NCBI GenBank assembly: GCA_013265495.1
Contig: MU058687.1
Location: forward strand, 1,986,001-2,050,000
Reading direction: 5' to 3'
From: Vicugna vicugna
Lineage: Eukaryota
DNA: 64,000 nucleotides
Shown in pieces: positions 58,563-64,000 of the stretch. Positions within the stretch are counted from its first letter, which is position 1; every line of letters starts with the position of its first letter. The notes under the pieces are model-generated. The model saw only the letters and a list, made by a program, of their open reading frames with translations, searched no databases and was not told the origin of the DNA. The position numbers and the translations under genes were made by a program.

Positions 58563-60274
58563 AATACTTTATTTTCAGTAGACCACACTGGCTCTTTCGA
58601 TTGTAAAAGACGGCTTTCTTCCGTTGCCCCTTCTTCCATTTCTTTCCAGCACCCTCATGAAAGGCTTGGTCAGGACTGAAGGAGGGCAGCTTGCAAGCCA
58701 TCTGCTGGGAACTCTCCCCATGGCTGAAGAGCAGGAGGGAAAGCTTGATTCTGGGGGAGAAGCAGTGGCACTCCTGGAGGTCGCTCAGCTCACAGAGGCC
58801 ACAGCAGCTCCCCGGAGCACCCACCTCTGAGCACCCGGACGCGGGGAGATGGAGGTGGCAGGCACTGCCTGCTGGGGTCCTGGGGAGGGCCTGGCCGGAC
58901 GCCTTTCTCACTGTGCACGGTCAGTTATGTTAGTGAAGTTGCACTGTTTCCTCTGCTTTCAGGTCGCATAACTGAAGAGACAGCAAGCGGTGGGTGTGAC
59001 AGGGTGACCCATTCCTCATGTTTGGTGGCTCTTCTGACAGCACCTCCCCTTCCCCTTCTCCCTGTGGCCACACCTGGGGTCCCAGAGCAGGCAGTTTCCT
59101 TCTGCCTCGCATTCTCATCAGCAGGGGCCAGCATGGCAGCCTAGAAGTTTCCACAGAAATACTCTCTCCAGGAGCCTGGGACTCCCTCCGACCTTCCAGA
59201 GGCATCGCTGTCTGTCTCCGTTGCTCCACAAGCTTCACCACTGCCCCTTTCCCAAATGCACCAAGAACTGGAGCAGAGCCCAACCCTTTTTCTAAACAAA
59301 GACATCTTTTGTTTTTGTTTTTCTCTCTTTCTCCCCAGGACATCTCATCAGAGGACAGGATGTCTCCCTGCCCGCCTCTCCTAGAGGCCACTTTGGACCA
59401 GGCCCACGCAGGCCGGCGGCAGCCAACGAGGCCCCATCCCGGCCATGGGGAGTGCTGAGCGCTGCTCTTATCCTGCCTGGAAAGCTCTTCATTAAAATTC
59501 AGAAAAACAAAGAGGCTCAACACTTCAAAAACCCACTGGGGGGTTATTTTTGTGTGACTACGGTGCCCTTTCCCCACGAGCCACTGAGCCCCAGAGCAGG
59601 CAAAGAGAGCGCTTGTTTGTTAATTATAAACTTGGGGATTTAGTGGCTTTGGGGTCCCATTTCCTCCTTGTCCAGAGTCATACTTTTAGCCCAGACAGCC
59701 CCTCTTTGGAATAATTCCCATGGTCTCGGAGAAGTTTCCATCCAGGCTGGTTTTCTTAAGCCTGCATCTGCATCACTCTGAAACTGCAAGGAGATGGGGT
59801 ATATTTGTAGCACCTTAATCGCTGGCAAATTCAACTGCCGCAGGGCCGATGACCTCAGAGGTCTTCATCCAGCTGGAGCAAGGGACTGGGGTTGACGCCG
59901 CTCCCCCTTTACTTCTGAGATAGCTTCTTTATGTTCCAGCCAGCATCGTCGCCCACCCAAGACTTCAGAGGGCCTCCCAGGAAGATGGCCCATGAGGGCC
60001 GACAGAATGCACCAGCGTGGACAGGCACCGCAGTGCGGTTTTCTGCAGACTTGTGGGGGAGGCATGGAGTGGACTTCCCGCATATGGCAGATTCACTGGT
60101 TCCTTAACCGATTTCTTCTCGACAGGCTCATGTCACCTCTGAGTGGGATTGCGAGGGGCTCTGGCACAGCCTGCCGTGGCGTCTCTGGCATGGGGTGGTA
60201 GCCACCAAGCTGCTGTTCGGAGGCTGGGCCGTGGTGGTTCGGAAGTTCATTCCTTCGTGAGATCCTGGTTGCCA

Positions 60275-60640
60275 CTTAGTATGTGCCCAGCGCTGTTCCA
60301 GGCACTGCCGAGAGGGAGCTAGACAAGCAAAACTCCCTCCCCTCGAAGCACGTCCGTTCCAGTGGGGAGATGGACCAGTAAGTAAAACAGGGAGGCAGAT
60401 GGCAGTCAGTGCTACAGAGGGAAATAGAGCAGGAGCACGGAAGGGGAGGTGGGGTCAGGGGTCTCAGTGTTAAGTGCCGGTGGTTAGGGGGGCCTCACTA
60501 AGAAGGTGACATTTGAGCAAAGGCCGTAAGAAGGTGAAGGAAAGAGTGAGACTGGCCCAGGGAAGAGCGTGCCGTGGAGAGAGAACGGTATTTGCAAGAG
60601 CCAGGGAGGAGGGCACAGGCCTGGCTTATTTGAGTAGCAG
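60275..60640 (-). mobile_element. L2 remnant, antisense
   Basis: tatgtgcccagcgctgttccaggcactg..ttccagtgggggaga..ggcctcactaagaaggtgacatttgagcaaagg. Confidence 0.7.
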
Positions 60641-61429
60641 CAGGAGGCCGGTGTGCGTGGTCAGAGCGGAGGAGACGCTCTGCTGGCCGTGCTCAGGCCC
60701 GGGCTTACCCCGCAAAAGCCTCTGCGTGTGTGGGGTCCGCTCCCTCCAGGCTCACGAGCACGCTCAGGCTGTGGGCTCACCAGGCAGCCTTTGGAAAACC
60801 TTCCGCAAATGGCTGCACGGCCCCTATGAGCCTCAGCCTGGAATAAGGAGAGAGGTTAATGCCGCGCTGAGGGAGAGCAGGACCGTGAGCTCTTCTGCAT
60901 CGGGCCAGAGGTCAGGAGGCTGCTGCCACCCCCTCCCCAGGCCAGAGTGCGCGGGGTACAGGGCAGACAGGCGCGTCCTGGGGCCCCCGTGTGGATCAAC
61001 ACTCCCTGGAAACTTGTAGCTCTGAGGAGAAGCTCGAACAAGGAATTCACCTGGGCGGGCCTGTGGCGGAACCCAAGGTCATCTCTACCCCTGATGGTTG
61101 GCTTGTTTCTGCTCATCCCCAGGACACCCTAGACAGGCTTTTGGGGCTACACGCTCCAGACAGAAACTGACGCTAGCGCTAGCCCAGTGCTGCCAGACCA
61201 CAGCGTGCTGCTCACGGAAATCCAGCCCTTTCTTCCTTAGTGGTGCGGGCGGCTCCTGGGAGCACTGGTGCTGGAGGCTGAAAAGAAAGGCAGGATTTGC
61301 TACAGCAAGAAAAGGAAGCTTAGCATCCTTGCTCTGCCTTCCCCAGCATTGCTATGCTTTTCTCCCGAGGCAGAGTCAGTGGGGAGCGGAGTAACTAGAA
61401 AGAGGAGGGGGAAGTGGCAAAACACGGGT

Positions 61430-61590
61430 GCCAGAATCAGACAGGCCTGGGGTCCAGCTCCAGCTCTGCCACTTCGTCCTGGTGGCTCCTCGAGCGAGTT
61501 ACCTTCCACTTCTGATCCTGTTTGCTCACCTGTAAAATGGGGATGATATTGGTACTATCCTCTCAGGATTATGATGCCCAGTGAAAGCTA
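61430..61590 (+). mobile_element. MIR SINE
   Basis: aatcagacaggcctggg..ccagctctgccactt..tttgctcacctgtaaaatggggatgata. Confidence 0.7.
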
Positions 61591-61769
61591 AGAGTTGTTA
61601 GCTTGGGGAACTGGTTGGGATGGAGAAGTGAACACAGGGAAAGTCACATTGGATGTTTTATTGCAACAACAAACACCTGCCGCTCGCGAGGGGCCTCCAC
61701 CTCCATTCCCCCTCGTGCATCACCTCTCCGCTGTAGGTAGAGAGTGGTTTGGCACCAGAGTTTTTTTGT

Positions 61770-62385
61770 TTGGTTTTTATAACACCTTTATTGAGGTATA
61801 ATTTGCATGCTTTCAAATTTATCCCCTGAAAGCATATGATCCAATGCTTTCAGTAAATTTATGGAGTTATACAATGATCACCATAATTCTGTTTTTAGAA
61901 CATTTTCACTATCCTGTAAGGTTCCCTTGTGTCCACTGACCGTTAACCCCCACTCCCACTCCCAGCCCCAGGCAACCCCTGATGTGCTTGCTGACTCTCA
62001 ATTGGTCGTTTCTGGAAATTTCATATAAATGGACTCATAGAACGTGTGGTGTTTGAAGTCTGGCTGCTTTCACGTAGCCTGTTTTCAAGATCTATCCGTG
62101 TTGTAGGGTGGATGCTACGTGCCAGAGGTTCGTTCTTTGGATTGCTGAATGTTACTCTATTGTATGTGTACTTGCCACGTTTTGTTTAATCATTCCTCAG
62201 TTGATGGGCATGTGAGTTGTTTCCAGTCAGGGTTACTGTGAAAAATGCCTCGATGGACTTGTGTGTCCATGTCTTTGTGTGTTTTCATTTCTCTCAGGTA
62301 GACTTTGAGGCATGAAATTGCTGGATCAGACGGTATATTTATGTGTAGCTTTTAAGAAACTGCCAAACTGATTTCCAGTGCATCA
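61770..62385 (-). mobile_element. L1MB-like 3' end
   Basis: ctttattgaggtataattt..ttttagaacattttcac..atttcatataaatgga..gttgatgggcat..aagaaactgccaaactg. Confidence 0.8.
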
Positions 62386-62891
62386 GGTTTTTTTTTTTCA
62401 GTGCTGTAAGGTATCAGGATTAATTCAGTAAAAATTAAGATTTTTTTTTCTTCTCTCCTTTCCATACGTTTTTCAAAGGTCACTGTTAAGTTTATAGGAG
62501 GCACATTCTCCTGATTCCTCCCTCCCTGCCTGCTCCCTGTCACCGAGCTTATCTCTGTTCAGAACACAGAGATCATCTGTCTGCCCTCCCCACCAGCCTG
62601 TAGGCGTCTTCAGGATAAGACCAGGTGTTGTTCAAGTTTCTATCAAGGCCCTTGCATATTCTGGGAGTTCAAAGTCAAATAAGACGTGGTCCTGACCCCG
62701 AGGAGCTCACAAACTAGTAGAAAAATAGACAAGATTCCTCCAAGTTCTCAGCACGTTGATTTTGAAAAACATACAGGCTTTCCTGATGAGGGAGGGGCCC
62801 GAATGACCCACCACCAGGTGCAGATGAAGGGAGAGAGCAGGAGCTTCATTTGTTCACCAAGAAATACAAAGGTGGGTTGGTTTGCTTAGAG

Positions 62892-63108
62892 CAGGGGTCA
62901 GCCTACTGCAGCCTGGGGACCAAATCCAGCCCGCCACCTGCTCTTCTGAAGCTTTACTGGAACACGGCCGTGCCCCTTAATTTACATATTGTCTACGGCA
63001 GCTTTGAGGCTACAATAGCAGATCTTAGTTGTGACAAAGACCGCGTGGTCTGCAAAGCCTGAATTATCTCCTCTCTGGCCCTTTACAGAAGAATTTTGCC
63101 AATCTCTC
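62892..63108. mobile_element. hAT-Charlie MER58A-like MITE
   Basis: caggggtcagc..ccaaatccagcccgccacctg..tggaacacggcc..tttacatattgtctacggc..tggccctttacagaa..tttgccaa. Confidence 0.85.
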
Positions 63109-64000
63109 CTTAGACAAAAGAATGGAGGTGAGAAATCACAACACCCACAGGCCCCCAAAGTTCAGCTGCTTTTTGCTATCCAGAAATGCAATGGCAGCAG
63201 GAATGATTTGAGTCAGATGTAAGGAAAGACTGGAAGGGAAGGAAGATTCTGGCTCCTAAAAGAGAAAGACAAATTTCCCTTAAGGGAAACAAACAAACAA
63301 ACACTCATCAGTTCCAGCAAAGTTGGGACATAATCTGTCCAGAAACACAAAGCTGGAAAGTGACTTGGCTTCTTCTTGGCCATTGGTCTTATTTGAGATG
63401 TGGGGGAAGGTAGGGTCTCTAGAAATCAAATACCTTTGGCAGTGGGCTCAAATAATGATGAGAGAGCCCAGTGGAGCAGGGGTTAGGAGCAAGGGGGTGG
63501 CGGAAAGCCTGATTTTTCCTTGGGCGAGGTAGAAATGCAAAAGGAAAGGTATCGGGAGCAGCCGGAGGAAGATGCTGCCCCTCTTGTGGCTGAGGCAGAG
63601 GAATTAATTCCCGGCATATGTTCCCAGCATCTGTCATGGTGACCTGGACGGGAGGGGTCAGCGAGAGAGGGGACCATGCCAGGGCTGAGCATTAGCCCAG
63701 AACTCCCGGGCCGCAGAGGCTCCTGGCTCCCGCAGAACCGCGGCCGGCCAGCTCTCCCAGCAGCACCTGCCGCAGCTGCGGCACACAGCGCTGCCTTGAG
63801 CGTGAGGGCGTGCGCTCCACAAGAAAGCATCTGCTGCCGGGGGGCCAGGCGGACCCCGGAGAGTCCTGCAAAACTCTGTCTCTTCCAGATCTTGGGCTGT
63901 AGTAGGTTCAGCCCACCAGCCCCATGTCCTGCCAGCAGACTGGAGGTGACGCATAAGACTGCACTGGGAGGGGCGGGGCAAGGGCAGGGGAGCCACAGCT

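Noticed and set aside
58930..59577. 215-aa antisense ORF downstream of IFT43
   Set aside because: No recognisable protein features; best explained as a GC-rich chance ORF.

Overview
This is mammalian genomic DNA, most likely camelid (alpaca, llama or camel), judged from a Vic-1-type tRNA-derived SINE at ~39.9 kb. The window holds the 3' part of IFT43 (intraflagellar transport 43, IFT-A complex) on the + strand. Seven coding exons (equivalent to human exons 3-9: 11073-11137, 35236-35268, 35945-35991, 57242-57314, 57578-57653, 58146-58208, 58316-58435) all have AG acceptors and, except the last, GT donors. They splice into one open frame of 158 aa plus stop (APPPKLPCRQGGWADDSMKTSK...[41 protein letters not shown]...[22 protein letters not shown]...HT*), with AATAAA at 58557. 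Exons 1-2 lie upstream of the window. The rest is intron and 3' flank rich in L1, L2, MIR, hAT/Tigger MITEs, MaLR and two ERV1-type solo LTRs, plus an old U6 snRNA retrocopy. I find no prokaryotic-type system and no new protein-coding gene; almost all ORF-track entries are chance or repeat-derived. The most interesting signals are a decayed counterpart of the human isoform-specific IFT43 exon, a candidate alternative last exon with its own poly(A) signal, a stop-introducing alternative acceptor on the last exon, several micro-exon/recursive-splice candidates, an antisense solo LTR with a tandem NF-Y (CCAAT) array, and a SINE with a probable 3' transduction. Repeat family names and human comparisons are from recall, not from a database search.
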